Positions 54,995 to 64,000 of a stretch of DNA of 64,000 bases are shown piece by piece. Origin of the DNA: an uncultured Bacteroidales bacterium. GTDB lineage: Bacteria; Bacteroidota; Bacteroidia; Bacteroidales; FEN-979. The position numbers were made by a program, and so were the translations under genes. Position 1 is the stretch's first letter. Each line of letters starts with the position of its first letter. A model generated the notes under the pieces. That model saw nothing but the letters and a program-made list of their open reading frames with translations. It was not told where the DNA came from and searched no databases. The stretch lies in the NCBI GenBank assembly GCA_963768805.1, contig CAVYJI010000004.1, positions 1,415-65,414 of the forward strand, written 5' to 3'.

Positions 54995-55048
54995 GTGAGT
55001 AGTGAGTAGTGAGTAGTGAGTAGTGAGTAGTGAGTAGTGAGTAGTGAC
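54995..55048. repeat. perfect 7-nt tandem repeat (GTGAGTA) x7.5
   Basis: Read directly. Flanked by C-rich words (CCCCACCCCCTGACCCCTCACCC / GACCCTACCCCCTGACC). Confidence 0.95.
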
Positions 55049-55060
55049 CCTACCCCCTGA

Positions 55061-55084
55061 CCCCCTCCCCCAAGAGGGAGGGGG
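55061..55084. terminator. GC hairpin CCCCCTCCCC-caaga-GGGAGGGGG between convergent genes
   Basis: 9-bp G/C stem between clpB (+) and the MBL hydrolase gene (-). No U-tract, so its terminator function is inferred only. Confidence 0.4.
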
Positions 55085-55168
55085 AAGTGTTGGGGGAATT
55101 CATGAAGATTCTTACAGGAACTTCAACACAGATAACTTAAAAATAGTTCTCGCTGATTTACGCAGATC

Positions 55169-55927
55169 TCAATTTTTCCAGTCCTTAACAGCATTCTTAT
55201 AATCTGAAGTATATCCATAATGGGCAGTAAAGATATACTCAGTGCCGGGAAGATTGGCGATTTTTCCAATGGACTGACGTGCAACTTTTGAATCCATATT
55301 AAAAAAATGATTGAATTCATGAATCTTACCTGATTCAATTTTCAATGCATCCCCAATAAAAATATATTTACCATTCAGCAAGTAACACATGGAACCGCTT
55401 GTATGACCCGGAGTCAGTATTCCCTGGATTTTCATGTTTCCAATCCCGACAATTTGTTGGTCATCCAGAAGAGAGTATTTTTTCGGATAGATATGGTTCC
55501 CGAAAAACAAAAATTTTGATTTTTTCCCGGTTATCATATCTTCCTCCGGCCTTGAAAGAAAGACCTTCGCTTTTTTGAATAATTTAAGGGCAGCAACATG
55601 ATCCCTGTCAGTATGTGTAAGCATGACAGCAACTACCTGATCAGGGTTGATGTTCAGTTTTTTTAATTCTCCAGCTACATTATCTAAACTATTTCCGGCA
55701 TCAATAGCCACATAATGATCATTGTCTTTGATCAGGAACATGTTTACGAACGAATCTTTGACTGCAAAGATATTATCGACTATATTCCCGGTTTCGATCA
55801 CATTCATCCCTTTTGTTTCTGCCTTAAATTTGATAAAGAAACCAACGGAAAGCAGAACCAGAAGTAATATTATTATCCCGATCCCAATCAATACTCTTTT
55901 TAAGACCTTTTTCATATTCGTTTTCAA
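55169..55927 (-). CDS. MBL-fold metallo-hydrolase, membrane-anchored
   Basis: HxHxDH motif in MLTHTDRDHVAA, later His (PGHTSGS). N-terminal TM segment. Confidence 0.8.
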   Translation of the reverse strand: MKTNMKKVLKRVLIGIGIIILLLVLLSVGFFIKFKAETKGMNVIETGNIVDNIFAVKDSFVNMFLIKDNDHYVAIDAGNSLDNVAGELKKLNINPDQVVAVMLTHTDRDHVAALKLFKKAKVFLSRPEEDMITGKKSKFLFFGNHIYPKKYSLLDDQQIVGIGNMKIQGILTPGHTSGSMCYLLNGKYIFIGDALKIESGKIHEFNHFFNMDSKVARQSIGKIANLPGTEYIFTAHYGYTSDYKNAVKDWKN

Positions 55928-56053
55928 CTCATTAATTGATTATTTTATTAAATGACAATTACCAGTCATCAACATTTTTTATAGGGCGAGCAGATGCTGC
56001 CTGCAATAGTTTCTATATTTAGGCAGGAATTATTTTTAAGAAGAGGTCAGGAA

Positions 56054-56788
56054 TTATTCCATCTTGACCTCTATTTCTTTTTCTGCCGGTTTTGGCTTTT
56101 TATCAGTTTTGATCAGCACCCCGTTATCATAAATATCGGTTGATATAAGCTTTCCATCCAGATCATAGGTCAGCCATTTTCCATCAGGATAGCCATTCTT
56201 GTATTGTCCGATGTTAAATTTCTGACCAGTGGGATAGAACACGGTAATTGGGCCATCTTTAAGATCATTTTTATAACTCCCCTGGAGTTTTACCGTACCG
56301 TCGTCAAAATATTGAGTCCATGATCCTTCTTTCATTCCATCTTTCCAGGTAATTACCTCTACTAAAGTCTTACCGGCAAAATATGTTTTGGAGGGACCGT
56401 TTTTCTTACCTGCTGTATATGTTTCTTCAGAAATCAGTCTTTCATCAAAATCGCTGTAGAATCGCCATAATCCTTCCCGCTTCTGATTCAAATAACTTCC
56501 TTCCGCATTCTTTTTTCCATTGGGTGAATAGGTCGTCGTGTTTGACGTTTTGCCGTCTTCTGTAAAAACGGAAACAGCCTTTAACGAACCTCCGGGGTAA
56601 TAGTATTTAAAAGTTCCCTGCGGGATATTGTCTTTAAACTGTCCCTCATAGATTTTCCTGCCAGCTGAATCTTTTTTTATCCATTGACCCTGCCTCCTCC
56701 CCTCAGCATCTTTTTTATTGAGAGTTTCCTGAGAAAACCCGTAAAAAGGAACCATTACGATGAGGACAAGAAAAATAAATTGCTTCAT
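56054..56788 (-). CDS. MORN-variant repeat protein (YwqK-like)
   Basis: Repeats of G.W..YY..G.....G.YK.....G.W. Signal peptide starts at the Met at 56788 (MKQFIFLVLIVMVPFYGFSQ). The track start at 56878 is probably too far upstream. Confidence 0.75.
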   Translation of the reverse strand: MKQFIFLVLIVMVPFYGFSQETLNKKDAEGRRQGQWIKKDSAGRKIYEGQFKDNIPQGTFKYYYPGGSLKAVSVFTEDGKTSNTTTYSPNGKKNAEGSYLNQKREGLWRFYSDFDERLISEETYTAGKKNGPSKTYFAGKTLVEVITWKDGMKEGSWTQYFDDGTVKLQGSYKNDLKDGPITVFYPTGQKFNIGQYKNGYPDGKWLTYDLDGKLISTDIYDNGVLIKTDKKPKPAEKEIEVKME

Positions 56789-56905
56789 AGGGTTCGTATA
56801 ATGATGTACTTTTGTGGTGATAAAGTCAGAGTTGACTATTTGATTATAAACGCTTAAAACGTTGATTTTATTGTTCATTACACTATTTTTAAACTTGGAT
56901 CGACT

Positions 56906-57529
56906 TTGAATACTTTTCCGTCAAAACTCCTTGAAAATGCGGTCCTGGAACTTTCAAAGCTTCCTGGCATCGGACGTAAGAGCGCATTACGCTTAGCGCT
57001 GCATTTGCTACGTAAGGATATTCCAGAGGTCGAGGCTTTAGGAAATGCGGTGATAAAAATGCGTAAAGAGATCTGCTATTGCAGGGAATGCCATAATATG
57101 GCCGATGAAGACCTTTGTGCAATTTGCGCCAGCCCTAAAAGGGACAAATCGATCGTTTGCGTAGTAGAGACCACGAGAGATGTCATGGCCATAGAAAATA
57201 CCGGGCAGATGAGCGGTGTTTATCATGTGCTAGGGGGGATCATTTCTCCTATGGAAGGAATCGGGCCGGAAGATCTGACCATCGGGGACCTGATCAGCCG
57301 TGTCAGAGAAGGACATGTAAATGAAATCGTACTGGCGCTTCCGACTACTATTGAAGGTGATACTACCAACTTCTATCTTTATCGCAAGCTTAAGGAATTC
57401 CAACTAACAGTCACGACACTGGCCCGCGGTGTTTCCATTGGTGATGATCTCGAATTTACTGATGAAGTTACACTTGGCCGTTCAATTCTGAACCGGATGC
57501 CTTATGAAGGAATCTTCCAAAAAAAATGA
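56906..57529 (+). CDS. recR: recombination protein RecR
   Basis: HhH ([20 protein letters not shown]), C4 zinc finger ([16 protein letters not shown]) and Toprim ([14 protein letters not shown]). TTG start in the track. Confidence 0.92.
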   Translation: MNTFPSKLLENAVLELSKLPGIGRKSALRLALHLLRKDIPEVEALGNAVIKMRKEICYCRECHNMADEDLCAICASPKRDKSIVCVVETTRDVMAIENTGQMSGVYHVLGGIISPMEGIGPEDLTIGDLISRVREGHVNEIVLALPTTIEGDTTNFYLYRKLKEFQLTVTTLARGVSIGDDLEFTDEVTLGRSILNRMPYEGIFQKK

Positions 57530-57589
57530 CTGTTGAAGTTGTGAGTTTGTTTGTCCCGATGCGTTTAACCAATCAGCGATCACTAACCT

Positions 57590-57814
57590 TCAGTCTGTTC
57601 CAAACAGATCCAGCTGTTTATGTGAAACCTGTGGCGGACATGGGGATGCAGAAGCATAGTTGTTGAGAAGGGGTTGGATTGATTTCTTTATGATCTTGAT
57701 CGGTGTTGTGCCCCGGCTCCTGCAAAAATTTTCGAGGGATTTTTTCTGACGTTTAGTAACCTTCAGTTTTATAATCTTATAGCTAACAGGTTTCCGGGTT
57801 TTCTTTTTAGTCAT
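57590..57814 (-). CDS. small basic protein, ribbon-helix-helix-like (hypothetical)
   Basis: 74 aa. IIKLKVTKRQKKSLENFCRSRGTTPIKIIKKSI resembles a beta-strand/helix/helix RHH unit. Its start overlaps the glmM stop (ATGACTAA). Confidence 0.45.
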   Translation of the reverse strand: MTKKKTRKPVSYKIIKLKVTKRQKKSLENFCRSRGTTPIKIIKKSIQPLLNNYASASPCPPQVSHKQLDLFGTD

Positions 57815-59213
57815 GTGTGTTTATCTCGTTCAGAATTTCCTTAAAATCATTCATGATCTTTTTGGCCAGGTTCTCGGCCTTGACAAGTATGTCGCTTTCA
57901 GCGTATATCCTGACTATTGGCTCGGTATTTGATTTTCGCAAATGGACCCATTCATTATCAAACTGAATTTTAATTCCATCAATAGTACTGATCTTCATCG
58001 ATTTGTATTTATTGATGAACTTTCCCATGATCTCATCAATATCCATTTCCGGGGAAAATCCGATTTTATTCTTCGAGATGAAGAATGAAGGATAACTATC
58101 ACGCAATTCTGAGCAGGTTTTTCCTGATTTAGCAAGGTATGTAAGAAAAAGTGCTATCCCAACCAGAGCATCCCTTCCATAATGAAGGTCAGGATAGATC
58201 ACACCTCCATTTCCTTCTCCGCCGATGACCGCATTATGTTTTTTCATCATCTCAACGACATTTACCTCCCCCACAGCCGAAGCAAAATATTCTCCACCTG
58301 ACTGTTCTGTAATGATCCTGAGGGCTTGTGTTGAGGAAAGATTTGACACGGTATTCCCCGGGTGGTCTTTGAGGATATAATCAGCAACTGCCACGAGTGT
58401 ATATTCTTCTCCCCACGGTTCGCCTACTTCATTAATTATTGCCAGACGGTCCACATCAGGATCAACGACGAATCCCACATGGGCATGGGTCTTGATAATC
58501 CTTTCGCAGATCACACCTAGGTTTTCAGGTAAAGGTTCCGGATTATGAGCAAATTCACCGTCCGGGTCACAATTAATGGCGTCGATCTTAGTTACCCCTA
58601 ATGCCTTGAGCAACATAGGAACAGCAATCCCGCCAGTCGAATTGACGCCATCAACAGCGACGCTAAACCTCGCTTTTTTTATTGCATCAATATCTACCCG
58701 GGGAAGGGCAATGATCTTATCTATATGCTTCTTCAAAAATGAATCGTCGCAAGAATAGTTACCCAACCGGTTAACCTCAGCAAAAGAGTATCCTCCAGTA
58801 TCCGATAATCTTATTACCTCTTTCATATCTGCTTCAGAAAGAAACTCCCCTATATTATTGAGCAGCTTCAATGCATTCCATTCTTTCGGATTATGGCTTG
58901 CGGTGATGATGATACCCCCGTGTGAGCCGGTTTCGCGAACAGCAATTTCTGTAGTGGGTGTTGTAGTGAGGCCGATATCGGTCACATCGGCCCCCATTGC
59001 AATAAGAGTTCCCGAGATCAACCTTGTAACCATGTTGCCTGAGATCCGGGCATCCCTGCCAATGACAATCCGGATCCGGCTTTTATTATTTTCCTTTTTA
59101 AGAAATGAAGCAAATGCAGCCGAAAATCTTACAATATCATCAGGCGTCAATCCTTCGCCGGGTTTCCCTCCAATGGTTCCCCGGATGCCGGATATGGACT
59201 TTATCAAACTCAT
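57807..59213 (-). CDS. glmM: phosphoglucosamine mutase
   Basis: Active-site TASHNPKEWNALK, metal loop VVDPDVDRL, GGEGNGG sugar loop, RKSNTEPIVRIY phosphate loop. ~465-aa Bacteroidota GlmM form. Confidence 0.85.
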   Translation of the reverse strand: MSLIKSISGIRGTIGGKPGEGLTPDDIVRFSAAFASFLKKENNKSRIRIVIGRDARISGNMVTRLISGTLIAMGADVTDIGLTTTPTTEIAVRETGSHGGIIITASHNPKEWNALKLLNNIGEFLSEADMKEVIRLSDTGGYSFAEVNRLGNYSCDDSFLKKHIDKIIALPRVDIDAIKKARFSVAVDGVNSTGGIAVPMLLKALGVTKIDAINCDPDGEFAHNPEPLPENLGVICERIIKTHAHVGFVVDPDVDRLAIINEVGEPWGEEYTLVAVADYILKDHPGNTVSNLSSTQALRIITEQSGGEYFASAVGEVNVVEMMKKHNAVIGGEGNGGVIYPDLHYGRDALVGIALFLTYLAKSGKTCSELRDSYPSFFISKNKIGFSPEMDIDEIMGKFINKYKSMKISTIDGIKIQFDNEWVHLRKSNTEPIVRIYAESDILVKAENLAKKIMNDFKEILNEINTHD

Positions 59214-59367
59214 ATTATCTGTTGGTTTTGAAACAAAAGTATAGTTTTATTAATGTTCATGCATGACATTGTTGAAAAAAAATAAAAAGTGGTTCATGCT
59301 GCAAGTCGTCGTAATTTATTTTTCGTAATTTTGCCGGGATTTAAAAAGCCTTACCGGCTAAGACATA

Positions 59368-60780
59368 ATGGAAGAGCCCTTCGATTCCTTTTCTGATCCT
59401 GAAACGCTGGAACTTGCCCGGAGATTCGAGCAAATGGTTAAAGATAATGAGCATTATTTTTTCGATCTGGATGAATATGAAGAACTTATTGATTATTATC
59501 TATTTAATAATGAAATCCTGCAAGCAGAATCCTGTATTGCTATTGCCCTGGAACAATATCCCGGAGAAACCAGGTTATTACTAAAAAAAGCGCAGTTCCT
59601 GATCTCAACCAACAAGAATAAGAAAGCTTTGAAGATACTTTTGGATCTGGATGGAAGTAATTTTGGAGATTATGAGATCCACGTCGCAAAGGGGAATCTT
59701 TACAGCCAGTTGGACCGTTCAGAAAAGGCCATCGAGGAATATACTCTTGCCTTGAATGAAACAGGCGACCTGGATGAGATATTGTCGAATATTGCTTATG
59801 AATACGAAAACCTGGGAAATTACGAGAAAGCCATTGAGTTTCTGAAAAGAGTCACAGAGCAGAATCCTGCCAATGAGTCTTCCCTTTATGAACTTTCTTT
59901 CTGTTATGAGGTTATACAGCAGACTGAGAAGGCAGTATCTTTCCTTGAAGGATATATTGAAAAGCACCCCTTCTCCAAGGCTGCATGGTTCAATCTTGGC
60001 ACCGCATACAGTAACCTTGAACTTTATGAAAAGGCTATTGATGCTTACGATTATTGCATTGCGATTGATGAGTCATTTGCATCAGCTTACTTTAACAAGG
60101 CTAATTGCTATGCAAACCTTAACAACTATCCGGCTGCCGTTGAAACTTACCTTGAAACCAGTTTTCATGAGAACCCGGAACCGCTGACCTTTTATTACAT
60201 TGCCGAGTGCTATGAAAAGATGGAAAAATATGAATCAGCAATCCAATATTATACCAAGTCTATTGACCTTGATCCCGATTTTGCGGATGCATGGCTGGGT
60301 ACAGGTGTTGCATACGATGCACTGAACAATCCTAAAGTGGCACTAACTTACATTGAACAAGCAATTAAACTTGCACCCACTGTTGCTGATTACTGGTTCC
60401 TGAAAGGAGATATACAGTTGAAGATGGCACAGATTGAAGAGGGCATATTATCTTACCGAAAGGTTATAGAGCTGGAACCTGATGATCCGGAAATTTGGCT
60501 TGAACTTTCCATGGTCTATGCTGAACAGAAAAATTTCGCAAGAGCTCTCGAGACATTGCAAGAAGGTTCGAAATACCATAATCAGAATCCGGATTTTCTT
60601 TATGCAAGTTCGATCTACCTTTTGAAATCAGGAAAGACCAGGCATGCTTGTGAGGTGTTTGAAAAAGCACTTACTCTTAATTATGACGGACACCGGAAGA
60701 TTTTTAAGGCTTTTCCTGATCTCCGGGAAAACCAGACCATTACCGATATTATTGAAGGATACCGCGACAAGAGTCAATAA
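59368..60780 (+). CDS. TPR-repeat protein
   Basis: ~10 tandem 34-aa TPR units (..A...Y..AI..DP....AW...G.). No signal peptide. Confidence 0.8.
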   Translation: MEEPFDSFSDPETLELARRFEQMVKDNEHYFFDLDEYEELIDYYLFNNEILQAESCIAIALEQYPGETRLLLKKAQFLISTNKNKKALKILLDLDGSNFGDYEIHVAKGNLYSQLDRSEKAIEEYTLALNETGDLDEILSNIAYEYENLGNYEKAIEFLKRVTEQNPANESSLYELSFCYEVIQQTEKAVSFLEGYIEKHPFSKAAWFNLGTAYSNLELYEKAIDAYDYCIAIDESFASAYFNKANCYANLNNYPAAVETYLETSFHENPEPLTFYYIAECYEKMEKYESAIQYYTKSIDLDPDFADAWLGTGVAYDALNNPKVALTYIEQAIKLAPTVADYWFLKGDIQLKMAQIEEGILSYRKVIELEPDDPEIWLELSMVYAEQKNFARALETLQEGSKYHNQNPDFLYASSIYLLKSGKTRHACEVFEKALTLNYDGHRKIFKAFPDLRENQTITDIIEGYRDKSQ

Positions 60781-60836
60781 ATTCCCGGTGATACTGATCT
60801 GCCTGACAAATTGAATCTATTTCTAAATCTACTTAT

Positions 60837-61625
60837 ATGGAGAACATCCACTTACCCCTGATGCCGGAAAGAACAAAAAAGCCCAGGACGGGCGGAGTCG
60901 CTATGGTCATGGACAAAGGTCTCAGCATACGGGAGGCCGAAGATTTCATTTCAGTGTCCGGCGATTTGACTGATTTTGTTAAACTGGGGTTCGGGACATC
61001 GGTAGTAACCCCTAACGTTAAAGAAAAGATCAAGCTGTATCAGAATGCTGATATCAAAGTTTACTTAGGGGGTACTTTGTTCGAAGCTTTCCTGATCAGA
61101 AAAATGGAAGATCAATACAGGCGTTTTATCGACGACCTTGGCCTTGATACTATTGAGGTCTCAGATGGTTCGATGTACATTGACCATGCGAAGAAATGTG
61201 AGGTTATCCACAATTTCTCAAAGAATTATACTGTACTCTCTGAAGTCGGCGCGAAGGAAGAAGGTATACTGATAGCACCGGCCCGGTGGATCGAGATGAT
61301 GGAGACAGAATTGTCAGCCGGTGCCTTCATGGTGATTGCCGAAGCACGTGAGAGTGGTACTGTGGGTATTTACCGTCCCAGCGGGAAAGCCCATACGGTA
61401 CTGATCAACAAGATCCTTTCCAGGATTCCCATCGAGAAGATCCTTTGGGAAGCACCGTTGAAATCACAGCAGGCCTGGTTCATTCAGCATTTCGGTGCCA
61501 ATGTGAACCTGGGAAACATTCCTCCCAATGAGATTATTCCGCTTGAAACACTTCGTCTCGGCCTTCGGGGAGATACTTTTTTCCGTTTCCTCCCGGATGA
61601 CTGCAAGAAATTTATGCTTGAATAA
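60837..61625 (+). CDS. comA: (2R)-phospho-3-sulfolactate synthase (ComA family)
   Basis: Collinear with the archaeal ComA sequence as I remember it: ..VMDKGL..DFVKLGFGTS.., KVYLGGTLFE, IEVSDGS, LSEVG, IAEARESG, WEAPLKSQQAWFI, LETLRLGLRGDTF. Confidence 0.88.
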   Translation: MENIHLPLMPERTKKPRTGGVAMVMDKGLSIREAEDFISVSGDLTDFVKLGFGTSVVTPNVKEKIKLYQNADIKVYLGGTLFEAFLIRKMEDQYRRFIDDLGLDTIEVSDGSMYIDHAKKCEVIHNFSKNYTVLSEVGAKEEGILIAPARWIEMMETELSAGAFMVIAEARESGTVGIYRPSGKAHTVLINKILSRIPIEKILWEAPLKSQQAWFIQHFGANVNLGNIPPNEIIPLETLRLGLRGDTFFRFLPDDCKKFMLE

Positions 61626-61726
61626 CCAGCCAGGTCAACAGCGGACAGGCAGGCTACCCTCTTCGATCCTACTTAGGTCGAATGCTCGGAAATGACCTTA
61701 CCAGGATCAGACAAAGGCAAATATAA

Positions 61727-62062
61727 CTATGCTTTATTTTCAGGAGGTTTTGCCTCTTGCCGTTCTTCAGTTCTGATTACCTCTATCTTCAGGTTTGCTA
61801 CCATAGCGGCAAGTGCACCCAACGCTGCAAGTGTCGGCGCAAGAAGTGCCCCGATCAATCCAAGTGTGACTGGAATCTCAAGATACACTTTCCCATCCTC
61901 ATCCTTGATTATCAGTCTCCTGACATTACCTTCATGCATCAGTTCTTTGACCTTTCCAATCACTTCCTCACTTTTTACTTTGAATTCTTCTTTAAAGTTT
62001 TCCATATGCCTGAATATTAACCGATTTGTTTGTTCCGTATCTTTTACACTTAAAGTATTCAC
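61727..62062 (-). CDS. DUF4342-like small protein
   Basis: 111 aa. ..RRLIIKDEDGKVYLEIPVTLGLIGALLAPTLAALGALAAMVANLKIEV.. fits the DUF4342 pattern. Preferred over the overlapping plus-strand shadow ORF 61692-62078. Confidence 0.65.
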   Translation of the reverse strand: MNTLSVKDTEQTNRLIFRHMENFKEEFKVKSEEVIGKVKELMHEGNVRRLIIKDEDGKVYLEIPVTLGLIGALLAPTLAALGALAAMVANLKIEVIRTEERQEAKPPENKA

Positions 62063-62448
62063 GGCAGATCAAAGGTAAAGTGACCCGGGCTTTTTGTCAA
62101 GCAAAAAATTCCTCCCCCGAGTGGGAAGCAAGTGATCCATTGTGGTGGGGGTAAAAGTTACAGGGTTATAGCGTCACAACGTCAAGTGCAAGGTGTAAAG
62201 TGCAAAATTCAAGGACATATGTCATGTTATACAACAGTGAGCTTTTATGAAAAAGATTCAATAGGTTCATGAATAAATAAATCAGAAAATTGTAGATTTG
62301 CATAGGGGGATAAGATTTACATACTATTGGCGGAATTACCTATATGAGAGGATGAGGGCTTATTTAGCCAGCGAATTATCAACCCGACCTAAGCGAGGGA
62401 ATAATACTTTGTCAGGTTTTTATTTACTTCTCAAAATCATAAGCAGTC

Positions 62449-64000
62449 ATGAAATCAAGGTTTATCAAGGGTATGATGACTGTTTGCATGTTTTTTTTAT
62501 CCATCATAACTTATGGACAAGATGAGTGGCTATTTTTTCCTTCCGCTATACCAAAGAATTGGCTAAACATAGGTAATTTGAGTGTAACCGGAGATTCTAT
62601 TACAGTTGAAGCCCTGATTGATCTTATTGATACAAGCAGTACACCTCCAAAAGATATTGTTTCAAAACATAGTGATCCTCCTGATTGTAATTATCTATTA
62701 AGGCATTATAAATTCGAGCTGACTACTTCTTCCGGATATAAAGCATTACTTAACCCAAAAAAATTCTGTGCAGATTCAATATATCATGTTGCCGGTACCT
62801 ATGATGGTGATAGTATGAAGTATTATGTCAACGGTATCAAAGTTGCCTCAGTTCATTGGACAGGAACTCTTGTTCAAAATAGTTTACTTGCTGCAATTGG
62901 TAATATTTCTGACGCTGCTGTTAATGAGCAATATTTTGGTTATCTTGATGAAGTACGTATATGGAAAATTGCACGTTCACAAGCGGATATTCAAAATAAT
63001 ATGTACAATCTTCCCAATCCCACGAGTCAATATGGACTACTTGCATATTATAAATTTGACGGGAATTATGATAATATCCAGGGTAATTCTGCTTATGATG
63101 GAGTACCCGAGGGGTCACAACTTGAAGATATTGTCAATCCATATTTTAATGGAACCATATCAAATTTACCGGTAACTGTCAGTGTGACAATAAGTGTATC
63201 AAATAATTCAGTATGCCAGGGGACTTCAGTTACCTTCACTGCCAATCCTGTTAATGGGGGCAATTTACCATTCTATCAGTGGAAAGTCAATGGGATAAAT
63301 GCAGGTACGAATAGTACAACATTTACATATGTGCCGGTTAACGGGAATATCGTAACCTGCACACTAACATCAAGTTTTGCTTGTTCATTCAATAATCCGG
63401 CAATCAGCAATCCGATTACAATGGTTGTTAACCCCAATTTACTGGTAAATGTATCAATTAATGCATCTTCAAATCCTGTTTGCAGTGGTACTTCCGTGAC
63501 ATTCACGGCAACACCGACCAATGGCGGGATATCTCCGTTTTACCAGTGGCAGGTCAATGGAATTAATTCTGGTCCTGATAGTCAAACATATACTTATGTC
63601 CCGGTAAACGGTGATATTGTAACTTGCATATTGATATCGAGTGATAATTGTACGACAAACAACCCTGCGACCAGTAATTCAATAACCATGGTTGTCAATG
63701 ATATCTCACCTGTCAGTATAACTATTAATCCATCTTCAAATCCTGTTTGCAGTGGCACTTCAGTTATATTCACTGCGACAACGACCAACGGCGGTACAGC
63801 ACCATCTTATCAATGGCAAGTCAATGGAATAAATGCAGGAACAAATGATCCAATTTACACCTATACTCCAAGCAATGGTGATATCGTAACCTGTGTCCTG
63901 ACATCAAATGCAACATGTCCGACAGGAAACCCGGCAACCAGTAATTCAATCACTATGGTTGTCAATAACAATTTGGCTGTCAGTATTACTATCAGCGCAT
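62449..64000 (+). CDS. large surface protein: LamG/concanavalin-A-like lectin domain + tandem Ig-like repeats (3' end beyond window)
   Basis: Not in the track (no stop in the window). ATG at 62449 (MKSRFIKGMMTVCMFFLSIITYGQ signal). LamG_3-type ..YHVAGTYDG..MKYYVNG....FGYLDEVRIWKIARSQADIQ, followed by 89-aa repeats C.G.SVTFTA....GG..P.YQW.VNG. Confidence 0.8.
   Translation, partial: MKSRFIKGMMTVCMFFLSIITYGQDEWLFFPSAIPKNWLNIGNLSVTGDSITVEALIDLIDTSSTPPKDIVSKHSDPPDCNYLLRHYKFELTTSSGYKALLNPKKFCADSIYHVAGTYDGDSMKYYVNGIKVASVHWTGTLVQNSLLAAIGNISDAAVNEQYFGYLDEVRIWKIARSQADIQNNMYNLPNPTSQYGLLAYYKFDGNYDNIQGNSAYDGVPEGSQLEDIVNPYFNGTISNLPVTVSVTISVSNNSVCQGTSVTFTANPVNGGNLPFYQWKVNGINAGTNSTTFTYVPVNGNIVTCTLTSSFACSFNNPAISNPITMVVNPNLLVNVSINASSNPVCSGTSVTFTATPTNGGISPFYQWQVNGINSGPDSQTYTYVPVNGDIVTCILISSDNCTTNNPATSNSITMVVNDISPVSITINPSSNPVCSGTSVIFTATTTNGGTAPSYQWQVNGINAGTNDPIYTYTPSNGDIVTCVLTSNATCPTGNPATSNSITMVVNNNLAVSITISA
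63172..64000 (+). repeat. 267-bp (89-codon) tandem coding repeats, at least 3 units
   Basis: TCTTCAAATCCTGTTTGCAGTGG recurs at 63466 and 63733, exactly 267 nt apart. Diverged units start near 63199 and 63973. Confidence 0.85.

Noticed and set aside
49528-55048. Tandem repeats (11-mer at 49528-49602, 7-mer at 54995-55048) as CRISPR arrays
   Set aside because: The units are contiguous with no spacers and far shorter than CRISPR repeats, and no cas genes are present.
62449-64000. A diversity-generating retroelement (variable versus template repeats) in the tandem Ig-like repeats
   Set aside because: No reverse transcriptase gene or non-coding template copy is nearby. Differences between repeats are not adenine-specific as far as I can see.

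Overview
This 64-kb fragment looks like a Bacteroidota chromosome or MAG. Five proteins end in type-A T9SS sorting domains (..YPNP..), there is one orphan CTD remnant, and one protein has a type-B gliding-motility C-terminal domain. An XRE-HTH/S24 repressor of the non-canonical LexA kind sits beside dinB-dnaE2. The window has two parts.

(1) Positions 1 to ~15.9 kb are a visibly AT-rich accessory mosaic:
- an excisionase-type HTH gene at the left edge;
- two same-strand runs of small orphan ORFs, including a trypsin-like protease and a PD-(D/E)xK-like protein, separated by shared structured junction repeats;
- three copies of a 'conserved leader + heptad-periodic hairpin + T-tract' element;
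- an intact IS3-family IS (1332 bp, 22-bp IRs, A8 slippery site) abutting a Fic-gene remnant;
- an intact Fic gene with phased operator-like heptamers;
- a DUF4143-type AAA ATPase;
- a RAYT-type HUH transposase that carries a GTAG-headed REP palindrome in frame.

(2) Positions ~16-64 kb are mostly housekeeping:
- a GntR/ABC operon;
- a Tat-exported PLP enzyme plus an exported RidA;
- a GH53 galactanase, an OYE flavoenzyme, an M16 peptidase, an SPFH protein and an O-methyltransferase;
- dnaE2-dinB with a divergent LexA-like gene;
- rmlD, a phosphosugar mutase, recA, bcp, nth, recR, glmM and phosphosulfolactate synthase;
- TPR proteins and a LamG/tandem-Ig adhesin running off the right edge.

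Two genes are broken. clpB has lost roughly 120 nt, including the NBD2 Walker B box, at a (GA)5 junction and also carries frameshifts. A T9SS cargo gene carries a single in-frame TGA.

I found no rRNA, tRNA or CRISPR array by eye. All functional calls are motif-level recognition from translated ORFs; no database search or alignment program was run.
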